Numbered from the stretch's first letter, positions 16,108 through 24,894 are shown. The stretch is 53,205 nt of DNA from a virus (IMGVR_UViG_3300032225_001888:1-53205), one strand, 5' to 3'. Made by a program: numbers and translations. Notes: a model not told the origin generated them from the sequence alone.

Positions 16108-17949
16108 ATGTTGCGTACTGTTGCCGACTTAGCTGTTTTTGATGATTCCCCGTGGTTGACCTTCGATACGGAAACCACCGGCCTTACCCCCGAGTTGGGC
16201 GGCCTGAGGCTTGTGCAGATCGGCGCACCAGGCTGCCCGGTCGTTGTTCTGGATTACTGGGAACTCGACGGTGCCGGTGTTGAGGTGCTTAGGGAGTTCT
16301 TCCGCAAGCCGGGGCGCACGTGGTATGCGCACAACGCCACGTTCGATCTGGGGTGGCTGCAGGAACACGCGATCTACCCCGAGGGCGACGTCTATTGCAC
16401 GATGCTCGCCTCGCGGTTGCTGGAAAACGGGATCCCCAACATGCGCAACGGCCTAGCTGTTGTGGTCGAGCGCTACCTAAATCGGAAGCTCGATAAGGAG
16501 GAACAACGCTCCGACTGGAGCCTACCGGCGCTCAGCGAGTCCCAGCTGGTCTATGCGGCTGAGGATGTACGAACGCTTGTTGATCTGGTTTCCGTGGTAC
16601 GCGAGCGCATTAGGCGTGCCCGACTGGACGCAGCCTGGGCATTGGAGTGTAAAGCCTTAGCTGGAATTGCCCACATGCAACGTATGGGTATGCCATTCAA
16701 CCGCACTAAGTTGCAGGAACTGGAGGCGTATTATATCGAGCAGATTGACACCTTAGGGGCTGCGTTTGTGGAGGGCTTAGATGCGGCGCTGCCACAAGAA
16801 CACAAGCTGCCTAGGGATGAAGATGGCAGCATTAACTTGCGTGCCAAGTCTGAGGGCAGTGTCCGCGCTGGCACTAAGCGTGCAGCGGGATTCAACCTTA
16901 ATTCGCCTAAGCAGATGGTGGACAAAATGACTGCGCTGCTTGGGGTTGTACCTGTTGGAGCTAATGGGAAGCCAAGTGCTGCTAAGGATGCGCTGCGGGC
17001 GTATGCAGCCGATAGTGCGGTTGTGCAGACCTACCTCAAGTGGAAGCAGGCTGAAAAGCGTAGGCAGATGGTCGTCGCGCTGCTTACGCACCAGGCAGAG
17101 GATGGGCGCATCAGGGCAAACTACATGCAACTTGGCGCCGATACCGGAAGAATGAGTTGCCGAGAGCCCAACCTGCAGCAAGTACCTAGGGATTCGGCAT
17201 TTCGTAAGGCGGCTGAGGCACCGGAGGGGTGGGTATTTGTATGCGCGGACTTTGCGCAGATGGAGTTGCGCCTAGCTGCCGCTGTAAGCGGGGATGCCCG
17301 CATGATCAAGGCGTTCAAGGACGACGACGATCTTCACACAATTACTGCTTCGGCCATCTACCCCGAACCAACAGAAGACGCTGCTGAGTTGAAGCGCAGG
17401 AGGCAAGTCGCTAAGTCGGCAAACTTCGGTCTGCTCTACGGCAGTGGTGCCAACGGCCTTCGCAATTATGCGGGTGCCTCCGGCATCCTAATGTCAGTCG
17501 AAGAGGCCGAAGAAATTAGGGCTACGTTCCACGGCACTTACTCTGGTGTAAGTATGTGGCAGCGAGAGGCTGCGATCACTTCAGATAGAACGTCACACGA
17601 TAAGTGGGCAGAGATTCGCATACCTGTAAGCGACATGCGTAGGTACTTGATTGGTGACAACAACCGGCTTACGGTGCGGTGCAATACACCTATTCAGGGG
17701 GCTGGTGCGGCCATCCTGAAGCTGGCGATCGGTAGGCTGTGGCCGCTGGTACGTGCCGCTGGCGAGGATGCCGTGCAGCTCGTCGCCGTCGTACATGACG
17801 AAGTGTTGCTACTCGTCCGTGAGGGCCTAGAGGCCGATTGGGCTAGACAGCTTAGTGAGGCGATGGAGAAGGCCGAGGCGCTGTGGCTTGGGGACGTACC
17901 AGCCAAGGCAGACGCAGCATGGGGGACTACGTGGCAGGATGCCAAGTAA
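16108..17949 (+). CDS. polA: Family A DNA polymerase with 3'-5' exonuclease
   Basis: DTETT, HNATFD and YAAED exonuclease motifs; DFAQMELR, KSANFGLLYG and VHDE polymerase motifs. Confidence 0.97.
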   Translation: MLRTVADLAVFDDSPWLTFDTETTGLTPELGGLRLVQIGAPGCPVVVLDYWELDGAGVEVLREFFRKPGRTWYAHNATFDLGWLQEHAIYPEGDVYCTMLASRLLENGIPNMRNGLAVVVERYLNRKLDKEEQRSDWSLPALSESQLVYAAEDVRTLVDLVSVVRERIRRARLDAAWALECKALAGIAHMQRMGMPFNRTKLQELEAYYIEQIDTLGAAFVEGLDAALPQEHKLPRDEDGSINLRAKSEGSVRAGTKRAAGFNLNSPKQMVDKMTALLGVVPVGANGKPSAAKDALRAYAADSAVVQTYLKWKQAEKRRQMVVALLTHQAEDGRIRANYMQLGADTGRMSCREPNLQQVPRDSAFRKAAEAPEGWVFVCADFAQMELRLAAAVSGDARMIKAFKDDDDLHTITASAIYPEPTEDAAELKRRRQVAKSANFGLLYGSGANGLRNYAGASGILMSVEEAEEIRATFHGTYSGVSMWQREAAITSDRTSHDKWAEIRIPVSDMRRYLIGDNNRLTVRCNTPIQGAGAAILKLAIGRLWPLVRAAGEDAVQLVAVVHDEVLLLVREGLEADWARQLSEAMEKAEALWLGDVPAKADAAWGTTWQDAK

Positions 17950-17963
17950 TCGGCGCGGCTTAG

Positions 17964-18167
17964 GTGGCTAGGACGGGGAGGCAGCTGGTTGTCGAGTGGT
18001 TGCACGCTGAGGTGATGCGGGCCAGCACGGCGGACATTCAGAGGGCTGCTGCCTTTCTGGAGTTCGCCAGGGAGGTCAGGGCGGGATGCGCCAAGGCCAG
18101 GCGGCAGTCCCGCTTCGCTCAGGGCCAAGCATGGTCTCGTAAGGATGGGAAGCCTGGTCACTGGTAA
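17964..18167 (+). CDS. Small basic hypothetical protein
   Basis: GTG ORF directly after polA. Confidence 0.65.
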   Translation: MARTGRQLVVEWLHAEVMRASTADIQRAAAFLEFAREVRAGCAKARRQSRFAQGQAWSRKDGKPGHW

Positions 18168-18185
18168 GTGGCGCGGCCCAGTCGC

Positions 18186-18214
18186 TTGCGCAACCATCGG
18201 CTTAGTAGTACAAT
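18186..18214 (+). promoter_or_regulatory. Sigma70-type promoter TTGCGC-N17-TACAAT
   Basis: Exact 17-bp spacing; same -35 as the promoter at 20065. Confidence 0.6.
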
Positions 18215-18243
18215 GGCCGAGTAACGCCGCTTCCCACCCGCTA

Positions 18244-18477
18244 ATGCTGCACGGACGGAAACGCTACCTGCAGATCCTCCTAGACCCGGCTCGCGCTGAG
18301 CTGCTCGATCGGGTTGCCGAGGAACGCCAGATGCGCTCCACCGCGCTCATTAGGCAGTGGGTTTACGACGCCCTGGAAGCATGGCTTCCAGCCTCCGTCT
18401 ACGCTGCCGCCGACGCTAAGGATGCCGCTACGCGAGCAGCCTCGGTACAGCGGCAGCTTGATGGGCGTCGTAAGTAG
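18244..18477 (+). CDS. Ribbon-helix-helix/CopG-like DNA-binding protein
   Basis: RYLQILLD..AELLD..A....STALIRQWV pattern. Confidence 0.6.
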   Translation: MLHGRKRYLQILLDPARAELLDRVAEERQMRSTALIRQWVYDALEAWLPASVYAAADAKDAATRAASVQRQLDGRRK

Positions 18478-18491
18478 GTGGTGCGTCCTTA

Positions 18492-18758
18492 GTGCAGATT
18501 GACTTATTTATGAGTACGTACGACCCCACCAATCCACTCAGCGAATCGCATAGGCTGCTGACTCTTTTGCATGGCGAGCTTATCCTGCAGAGCGAGTTCA
18601 GAGCTGCCGATATTGTTAATAGTATGCTTGTTGCGTTTACTAAGCAGGAGGCACTAGCAGCGCTTGACAGAGCAGCAGCCAACAACTATCAAATGACAGC
18701 GCGTGAACTGTTCGCACTGCGCCTTTACATTCTAGCATCCTCTATCCCTTCCAGCTAA
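18492..18758 (+). CDS. Hypothetical protein
   Basis: ORF with TAATG coupling to the next gene. Confidence 0.6.
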   Translation: MQIDLFMSTYDPTNPLSESHRLLTLLHGELILQSEFRAADIVNSMLVAFTKQEALAALDRAAANNYQMTARELFALRLYILASSIPSS

Positions 18759-18952
18759 TGACTTACAACGATTCTATTGATGCGCTGCATCTTAGCACTC
18801 GCGTCGTTAACATCCTTTTCCACTTGGGTATCATACGTGTATGTGACATTGCGCCACGAATGAGTGAGATTGAGCGTGCAAAGGGTATGGGGCCTACATC
18901 CGTGCGGCACCTAAAGTCAAGCCTGGCGGTCTACAACGCGAGGTCACGGTGA
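18758..18952 (+). CDS. RNA polymerase alpha-CTD-like protein 1
   Basis: SIDALHLSTRVVNILFHLGI..V.DI...KGMGPTS matches alpha-CTD IEELxLSVRxxNxL...GI..GxKS. Confidence 0.7.
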   Translation: MTYNDSIDALHLSTRVVNILFHLGIIRVCDIAPRMSEIERAKGMGPTSVRHLKSSLAVYNARSR

Positions 18953-19140
18953 CAGAGCTTAGAACCGGTACAGGAGACGAGCCCTTTGACATACCGCTTA
19001 CCCACAAACGCAACGGTGATTTTATGAGGCTGAAAGTTTACGCGGCGAGTGTTGACTACGCTCGCAAGGGTGCCGAGCACGCCTATCCAGATTGGTACGT
19101 CGGTATTCCAATTCCTGCTGAGTCCTATGTTGCGTACTGA
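18949..19140 (+). CDS. Small protein, T7 gp2-like pattern
   Basis: VYAASVDYARKGAEHAY vs gp2 IYAETLDEALELAEWQY; GTGA-coupled. Confidence 0.55.
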   Translation: MTELRTGTGDEPFDIPLTHKRNGDFMRLKVYAASVDYARKGAEHAYPDWYVGIPIPAESYVAY

Positions 19141-19339
19141 TACTGCTGGTGTACGTGTGTTGGGGTTGTCGCCGCGTGCCAGCGCGGTACTTAGCCGGAA
19201 TGGCATAAGCACAGTAGGCGAGTTGCGTACCAGGCTCAGTATTTTGCCGCTGCTTGACGGTATCGGCACACAAGTCCTGAGTGAGATACTTGACTCGCTT
19301 AGTGCTTGGGATCGCTGCACGCACGGAGACTTGCCGTGA
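19127..19339 (+). CDS. RNA polymerase alpha-CTD-like protein 2
   Basis: LGLSPRASAVLSRNGISTVGEL...GIGxxxLSEI. Confidence 0.7.
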   Translation: MLRTDTAGVRVLGLSPRASAVLSRNGISTVGELRTRLSILPLLDGIGTQVLSEILDSLSAWDRCTHGDLP

Positions 19340-19512
19340 CTCCGTTTATGTGGTTCATAGCAGCTGGCTACCTAGCGGGTTTCGGTGCCGGGTACGCCTG
19401 CGCCATCCTGCTTAGGAAGGAGCGGCGTAGGCGTGATCGGGCCTGGCGCGGGGATAACGTCGTTGGCTTTGAGGAGGCCAAACGACGGCTATATGGGGAC
19501 ATGGATCTATGA
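19336..19512 (+). CDS. Small membrane protein
   Basis: N-terminal hydrophobic helix then a basic stretch; GTGA/ATGA overlaps. Confidence 0.6.
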   Translation: MTPFMWFIAAGYLAGFGAGYACAILLRKERRRRDRAWRGDNVVGFEEAKRRLYGDMDL

Positions 19513-19856
19513 GGTGCCGTGAGTGTGGCGGTGTTACTCGCGTCGTCAATACGGAGCATCGGTTTGAGGAGACGTTCCGGTGGTTGCGCTGTACGGAGTG
19601 CCAGCAGCGTAGCCGTACGGTCGAGCGCTATTACGTCAGGAAGCCTGGTCCGCCCCGAGGGAAGCCGCGCCCCGGTAAGAAGGTGAAGGGGGAGGAGCAC
19701 CCTAATTCTGTGTTCACGACACAAGACATCCGCAACATACGAGCTAAGGTTGCGGATGGCACGGCCCTTAGGGCTGTGGCTGCTGAGTATGGTACGAGCG
19801 ACGGTTACGTTTCCCGTATTGTAAGGCGGCTTGCCTGGAAGCACGTTACCGACTAG
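19509..19856 (+). CDS. NrdR-like Zn-ribbon plus HTH protein
   Basis: MRCRECG..TRVVNT...R.LRCTEC...TVE; C-terminal LRAVAAEYGTS..YVSRIV HTH. Confidence 0.75.
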   Translation: MRCRECGGVTRVVNTEHRFEETFRWLRCTECQQRSRTVERYYVRKPGPPRGKPRPGKKVKGEEHPNSVFTTQDIRNIRAKVADGTALRAVAAEYGTSDGYVSRIVRRLAWKHVTD

Positions 19857-19913
19857 GCTGATTGCGTACCAGGACAAGCCGCTTGTCCCTACCACCTATC
19901 TCTCTTACTACCA

Positions 19914-20084
19914 ATGATGCAAGATCCTACGCAGCGTAAGTACGCTGTTTTGTTGCGGCTCAAGCCCTACGGCAACCTCACAACACATATCGTTATGGCG
20001 CCTAGTGCCTATGCCGCTGGGCAGGCAGCTATGGAGGCTGTGCCCGAAAGCTCCGTTGTTCGCATTGCGCTGGCGGACACGTAG
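19914..20084 (+). CDS. Small protein (56 aa; not in ORF track)
   Basis: KYAVLL...IVMAPSAYAAGQAAMEAVPESSV, same pattern as 18949 and 21220. Confidence 0.55.
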   Translation: MMQDPTQRKYAVLLRLKPYGNLTTHIVMAPSAYAAGQAAMEAVPESSVVRIALADT

Positions 20085-20093
20085 GGCTATACT
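20065..20093 (+). promoter_or_regulatory. Sigma70-type promoter TTGCGC-N17-TATACT
   Basis: Exact 17-bp spacing upstream of ATG 20124. Confidence 0.65.
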
Positions 20094-20123
20094 GTCGTGG
20101 TTGTTTCACTACACACGCTTTCA

Positions 20124-20522
20124 ATGACCAGCATCACGCCCGTTAGCGCGGCCGAAGCTCAGCAGCGTATTGCTAGGAAGTGCAAAACCTCCACACTCCG
20201 CGATGCGCTGCTGGAAATGGCTCCCGGCGACATCGTTTTTATTCCGTTCCTGCCCACTGAGAACGGCTACAAAGCCAGCACCGCCATCCAAGCAATCGGC
20301 ACCGTTAGCCGCGCCCATCCCACCAACCGCTTCTCTGTCCGTCGTGACACCGAGCGTACCGGGGCATTTGTGTTCTGCCTGGAACGTACCAGCGCAGACG
20401 AGGCCGATGAAGCCACCTTGCCTAAGGCCACAAAGCCCAAGGGCAGCAAGTCCTCAAAAGCCAAGCCCGCCGAGGCCGCCGAGGCCGCCGAAGCTGCCGC
20501 CGCGCCAGTCGAGGCAGGCTGA
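20124..20522 (+). CDS. Putative DNA-binding protein with Lys/Ala-rich tail
   Basis: LLEMAPGD...RFSVR core and PKATKPKGSKSSKAKPAEAAEAAEAAAA tail. Confidence 0.65.
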   Translation: MTSITPVSAAEAQQRIARKCKTSTLRDALLEMAPGDIVFIPFLPTENGYKASTAIQAIGTVSRAHPTNRFSVRRDTERTGAFVFCLERTSADEADEATLPKATKPKGSKSSKAKPAEAAEAAEAAAAPVEAG

Positions 20523-20584
20523 GCCGCCAGGGCTGCGTACCACCCCGGCTACGCAGCCTCCCACCTACACAAACCTACACACTT

Positions 20585-21001
20585 ATGGGCCTTACATTCC
20601 TTAGTACGTCGCAAAATAAGCGGCTTGATCTTGACTCTATTGGCGAGCTTACGCTTTCACAGCTGCGCGAGCTTCACGCCGAGCTGTCCATGGCCATTAT
20701 GTCGATGGACGACTGCATGGCTACCGCCACAACCGAAGCCTCAGCCGCTGGTACGGATCTGGACACCGACTGGCTGCATAAGGTCAGGAAAAAGCGACGA
20801 GTCTGTGTGGCGTTCCAAGCGCAGGTCCAGCAGCGCCTTGATACGGCTAATGATCCGCGCTTTGTATTCATGGGCATGTATGTCACGCACCTTGAGCGCC
20901 TAATTTCAGACGAGCTTGGGGAAACAATTTCCGCAGAGCTTAGGGATGAGGCACGGAGCCTAGCGCTTGAAGGTCAGAAAGCTCAAGTTCTAGGCGCATA
21001 A
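20585..21001 (+). CDS. Helical hypothetical protein (138 aa)
   Basis: ATG ORF with DxDWLHKV.KK motif. Confidence 0.7.
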   Translation: MGLTFLSTSQNKRLDLDSIGELTLSQLRELHAELSMAIMSMDDCMATATTEASAAGTDLDTDWLHKVRKKRRVCVAFQAQVQQRLDTANDPRFVFMGMYVTHLERLISDELGETISAELRDEARSLALEGQKAQVLGA

Positions 21002-21143
21002 TTTCCCATACGCTTTGTTGCAGCATTTCTCGGTAGAGGATACAGGTGCGGTATAGCATGGCTTCCCTAGGAGTCATGGATCGTGTCTCCACTTCTACCT
21101 GAAACTCTAGCTCAGGACTAAGCGAGTAGCTTCCCCAGTTCAT
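20940..21143 (-). CDS. Small convergent helical protein (67 aa)
   Basis: Occupies an otherwise empty gap; protein-like sequence. Confidence 0.5.
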   Translation of the reverse strand: MNWGSYSLSPELEFQVEVETRSMTPREAMLYRTCILYREMLQQSVWEIMRLELELSDLQALGSVPHP

Positions 21144-21219
21144 GCGTAGCCGTGCTGTTGCGTACCAGCCTAGCTAGGCTTCCACAACCACGCAAACACC
21201 CACACAACACAACAAACTT

Positions 21220-21462
21220 ATGGCTGACGGCAACAACGAAAACTACATGATGCCCCACAGGGACGACGACTTCTACAAGGCGCGTCTTGGGGATGGAGTA
21301 AGCCGGCCTATGCCTGGTGCGGATATACGGATGGTTGCCGTCCGCGTTATTCAGCCTGGTACGCTTCCCATGCGGGTTGTGCTATCAGCCGAATCTCCTA
21401 CCAAAGCTGTGGCCTACGCCCGTGCTCGCTGGCCATCCGCCCACGTAAGTCTGTGCGACTAG
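21220..21462 (+). CDS. Small cyanophage hypothetical protein
   Basis: RLGDGVSRP...PMRVVLSAESPTKAVAYARARWP. Confidence 0.7.
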   Translation: MADGNNENYMMPHRDDDFYKARLGDGVSRPMPGADIRMVAVRVIQPGTLPMRVVLSAESPTKAVAYARARWPSAHVSLCD

Positions 21463-21508
21463 GCTGCTTGGCTTAACCGTAATTGCCTACTTACCTACCC
21501 GCGTACTT

Positions 21509-23149
21509 ATGGACCCCCGCTTCCGAGTTGAGCTAATTACCGCCACCCCGAATCCCCAGCAGTGCGTGTACGCCGGCATGCACCAAGATTATTCGGAGGG
21601 TTTTGTGGCCGCCGACCGGGCGGACTGGCCGGATGAACGCCGGGCCGGTGAAATCTGTGTGAAGCGGCTGCTGGCCGGCGAGCGGGGCCACTACGGCCCC
21701 CTGGAACACGCGCAGATCGTGCTGAACGTGGGCTGGTTTCCCCACTCCGTGATGCAGCAGGCGCGCACCCATCGGGTGGGATGCTGCCTATCCGGTGACA
21801 CCCAAGTAGAGTTCGGGCACTCCAGTATCTCTGATGGTCAGGTCTACTACCGCAAAACGATCAAAGAGCTTTCTACTTTGTGGCATCGCGGCCGAAGTCA
21901 TCAAAGCACTGGCAACGATGCCTTGTATATGCAAAGGCAGATTTCAAGCAGAAAACTGCTTCAGGTAAACGAATCAACCGAACTCGTTCAGCACACTTCA
22001 ATTACAAACATCTACGAAAACGGTCCCAAAGAAATTTGGTTGATTAGCTTTTCTGGAGGACAGCAGGTCAAGGCTACAAAGGATCATAAAGTTTTAACCC
22101 CAGACGGATGGAGACATTTTGGCGAACTTGTTATCGGCGATTTTGTCATGGCTGCAGAATCTCGCGCAAGAAAGTCTATTGCGCACGAGCCAGACTTGCT
22201 TGATGACTTGAGCAGCGAACAGTGGAAGCCTGTCCCCGGTTTTGACTGGCATGAAATCTCTTCCCTAGGAAGACTGCGCTCGTGGGCCCCTCGCAAGCAT
22301 CGTGGCAAACCTGTGTCGCCAAGTAAGCCTCACCTTAAAAAACTAAGCAAGGGTGCGTCTGGGAACTACTTGTACGCTTCTTTGTCCACCGGGAATGGAA
22401 CTTATGTTCGACGCAATATCCATTCCCTTGTTTTAGAGACTTTCGTGTCTTTGAAGCCCGAAGGGGCTGTCGCCCGACACATCAATGGTAATTCGTTTGA
22501 CAATCGAATCGCTAATCTTGCTTGGGGTTCGCAGCAGGAAAACGCTAGTGATAGGTCTTTGCATGGAGTAACCTCTTTGAATAAAGCCTTGCCAGTTTCT
22601 ATTGTATCGTTTGAGCGAATCGGGATCGAAGAAACGTATGACATCGAAGTAAAGGGCCCGTTTCACAACTTTATTGCAAACGGAATTGTTGTTCACAATT
22701 CCTTCGATGTGCAGTCTATGCGTTACACGGGTAGGCGTGTATGTGACGTTGCGGACGGAGATGTTGATTGGGAGGGTGTCTTTTATCTTAGGCCGGTGGG
22801 CGATTATCGAGATAGGCAGGGCAAGCATTACACATATAGCGCCTCGCAACGCCAAGCAGATGCGGCGATGTGTTGCCTCGCTGCAGTCCGCTACAGGGAC
22901 GCACTTTTAGCTGGACTGGCTGAAGAGCAAGCCAGGGGTATGCTGCCGTTTGATTTTAGGCAGCACTTTGTTGTTAGCTTCACGCTCAGGAGTATGTTGC
23001 ACTTTATGGACTTACGGGCCAAACTGGATGCGCAGGATGAAATCCGTGCGTTGTGTGAACTTATGTGGCCGCATGTGCGGGAGTGGGTGCCTGAGATTGC
23101 GACCTGGTACGAGGCCAATCGGATGCGTAAAGCGAGGTTGGCGCCATGA
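21509..23149 (+). CDS. thyX: Flavin-dependent thymidylate synthase ThyX, intein-containing
   Basis: GHYGPLEH; RTHRVGC|SFDVQSMRY signature split by the intein; EQARGMLP; HFMDLR..AQDEIR. Confidence 0.95.
   Translation: MDPRFRVELITATPNPQQCVYAGMHQDYSEGFVAADRADWPDERRAGEICVKRLLAGERGHYGPLEHAQIVLNVGWFPHSVMQQARTHRVGCCLSGDTQVEFGHSSISDGQVYYRKTIKELSTLWHRGRSHQSTGNDALYMQRQISSRKLLQVNESTELVQHTSITNIYENGPKEIWLISFSGGQQVKATKDHKVLTPDGWRHFGELVIGDFVMAAESRARKSIAHEPDLLDDLSSEQWKPVPGFDWHEISSLGRLRSWAPRKHRGKPVSPSKPHLKKLSKGASGNYLYASLSTGNGTYVRRNIHSLVLETFVSLKPEGAVARHINGNSFDNRIANLAWGSQQENASDRSLHGVTSLNKALPVSIVSFERIGIEETYDIEVKGPFHNFIANGIVVHNSFDVQSMRYTGRRVCDVADGDVDWEGVFYLRPVGDYRDRQGKHYTYSASQRQADAAMCCLAAVRYRDALLAGLAEEQARGMLPFDFRQHFVVSFTLRSMLHFMDLRAKLDAQDEIRALCELMWPHVREWVPEIATWYEANRMRKARLAP
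21785..22699 (+). mobile_element. 305-aa intein with NUMOD4-HNH homing endonuclease
   Basis: CLSGDT start, ATKDHKVLT block B, TYDIEV..HNFIANGIVVHN end with Ser+1; EQWKPVPGF and RHINGNSFDNRIANLAW internal motifs. Confidence 0.93.
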
Positions 23150-23472
23150 TTAAGAGAAGGGGCCAGATTCCTGAGGCGTACCTGCTACCTACGCATCCGC
23201 GTAAGTACAGCTGTGGCTATCCGGTACATACGTGTCCTCAATGTGGTTGTGTGAGTAGTGCGCTTGGCTTGTGTTACGAGTGCGTACGCCGCACTGAGCA
23301 GGGGAAGCGTGAGCTTGCCACTTATATGCGTATGCGTAAGTACATGGCTACTGAGGATGGCGGACCTTGTGCCGGCTGTCTTCACTGGCTAAGTAATAAG
23401 TGTGGCTTAGAGATTCCCGAGGGAGGTTCTAGGTTTGCTAAGCATTGTTCTGTTTTTGTTCCACGTAAGTAG
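23146..23472 (+). CDS. Cys-rich (Zn-binding) protein
   Basis: Three CxxC pairs plus CGLEIPE...AKHC. Confidence 0.7.
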   Translation: MIKRRGQIPEAYLLPTHPRKYSCGYPVHTCPQCGCVSSALGLCYECVRRTEQGKRELATYMRMRKYMATEDGGPCAGCLHWLSNKCGLEIPEGGSRFAKHCSVFVPRK

Positions 23473-23474
23473 GT

Positions 23475-23738
23475 ATGCCCGTGCATCCATTTTTGAACTG
23501 GTTTGAAGCCCTCGTAATTAGGCAGCTTATTAAGTCCCCTCGTATTGGCGCGATCTGCGTTAAGCAGTATGGACGCGAGGCTCACTGGCTGCTTAGGGAT
23601 AGCAGCGAAGGTCTTAGGCAGCCCAGCTCCCGTTATGACGATCCCTGCTTAGGGACTCCGTGGGAGGATGGAGAGCCCGAACCAGCGTCAATGCTGCTGG
23701 AGCGGCTCTATCACATGCCAGATGCGGAGGAGCGCTAA
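23475..23738 (+). CDS. Hypothetical protein
   Basis: Packed ORF ending LERLYHMPDA. Confidence 0.7.
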   Translation: MPVHPFLNWFEALVIRQLIKSPRIGAICVKQYGREAHWLLRDSSEGLRQPSSRYDDPCLGTPWEDGEPEPASMLLERLYHMPDAEER

Positions 23739-23959
23739 TGGGAGACGTTGCGAAGTGTGAAGTTGTGTTGCGCCACTCCTATACGGCTGATGTATGCGCT
23801 GGTGCGTTTGGTGTGCATCCTGTCCAATGGCGCAACTGCACGTACTTTGCACCGTGGTTCTTTACAGGCAAGACCGTCTATTGGATGTCGCCCCACCCGT
23901 CGATGGATCGGGCGCACCAAGCCGCTAAGGAAATGGCGGCCAGGCTCCATACCACTTAG
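23738..23959 (+). CDS. Hypothetical protein
   Basis: TAATG coupling to the previous gene. Confidence 0.6.
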   Translation: MGDVAKCEVVLRHSYTADVCAGAFGVHPVQWRNCTYFAPWFFTGKTVYWMSPHPSMDRAHQAAKEMAARLHTT

Positions 23960-24002
23960 CCCCCTCACCGTTTCACACGTACCACCCATCCACTTACACA
24001 CC

Positions 24003-24554
24003 ATGACCTCCCAGATTCCTCAGCTTATTGGTTTGTATAGTCCTGCCGCACAATCTGGTAAGACTACTGTTGCCACGACGCTTGGCTACACTCATGGGTA
24101 CACGATTGTATCGTTTGCCTCGCCTATTAAGTATGTAATTGCTAATTTTTTGTGCCAGTTGGGCTATGCTGCGAACCAGGCGACTTACTTGACGACGGTG
24201 GATAAGGAGGCAATGATTCCTGAGCTTGGCGTTAGCGCCCGTCACCTTATGCGTACTTTGGGTACGGAATGGGGTAGAGAGTGCGTGTGCCCCGATGTGT
24301 GGCTTAAGTGTTGGGAAGTGCAGTGCCGTAAGGTCAATGGACCTATTGTTGTGGATGATGTACGCTTCCCTAATGAGTTTGATCTGGTCAAGAAATTAGG
24401 TGGGCGTATGTGGAGGATTGAGCGCCCTGGCGTACAAAGGCTTACGTATCACGCCAGTGAAGGCGGTTTGGATAAGTACGCCTTCGATGCCACACTGGTT
24501 AATGCGGGTACTGTGGACGATCTTGACTCAACGCTTAGACTCATGCTGATGTAA
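24003..24554 (+). CDS. Deoxynucleoside monophosphate kinase
   Basis: IGL..AQSGKTT P-loop, SFASPIK, RxLMxxLGTEWGR, DDVRFPNE and HASE. Confidence 0.92.
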   Translation: MTSQIPQLIGLYSPAAQSGKTTVATTLGYTHGYTIVSFASPIKYVIANFLCQLGYAANQATYLTTVDKEAMIPELGVSARHLMRTLGTEWGRECVCPDVWLKCWEVQCRKVNGPIVVDDVRFPNEFDLVKKLGGRMWRIERPGVQRLTYHASEGGLDKYAFDATLVNAGTVDDLDSTLRLMLM

Positions 24555-24567
24555 ACCTACACGTTTA

Positions 24568-24894
24568 GTGACTAGCGGCTCACTTAGGTATCACGCGGGA
24601 AGGATGGTGCTGTATCGCGCTGGTGCGGACTGGCGCGTACGCATCAAGGGGAGGACCGAACGACTGGACCTGCCCCTGGAGGCTACGGAGCTGGAGGGAG
24701 CGCTGCTTGAGGCCGAGCAGCTGTATGCCGATGCCCGTACCCTGTCCTCCCGGCTGCCCCGCTGCTACCAGTGCATCCACTGGGAACCTAAGCCTGCCGA
24801 GTGCGGGCTAGGCTTTCCTGAGGGACGTGCCAGCGGCGGATCGTATGCAAAGGATTGTTGCGCCTTCTGGCACACCGACTCAGCTAAGCTCTAG
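24568..24894 (+). CDS. Hypothetical protein with C-terminal Cys4 motif
   Basis: CYQCIHW...CGLGFPE...AKDC. Confidence 0.7.
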   Translation: MTSGSLRYHAGRMVLYRAGADWRVRIKGRTERLDLPLEATELEGALLEAEQLYADARTLSSRLPRCYQCIHWEPKPAECGLGFPEGRASGGSYAKDCCAFWHTDSAKL

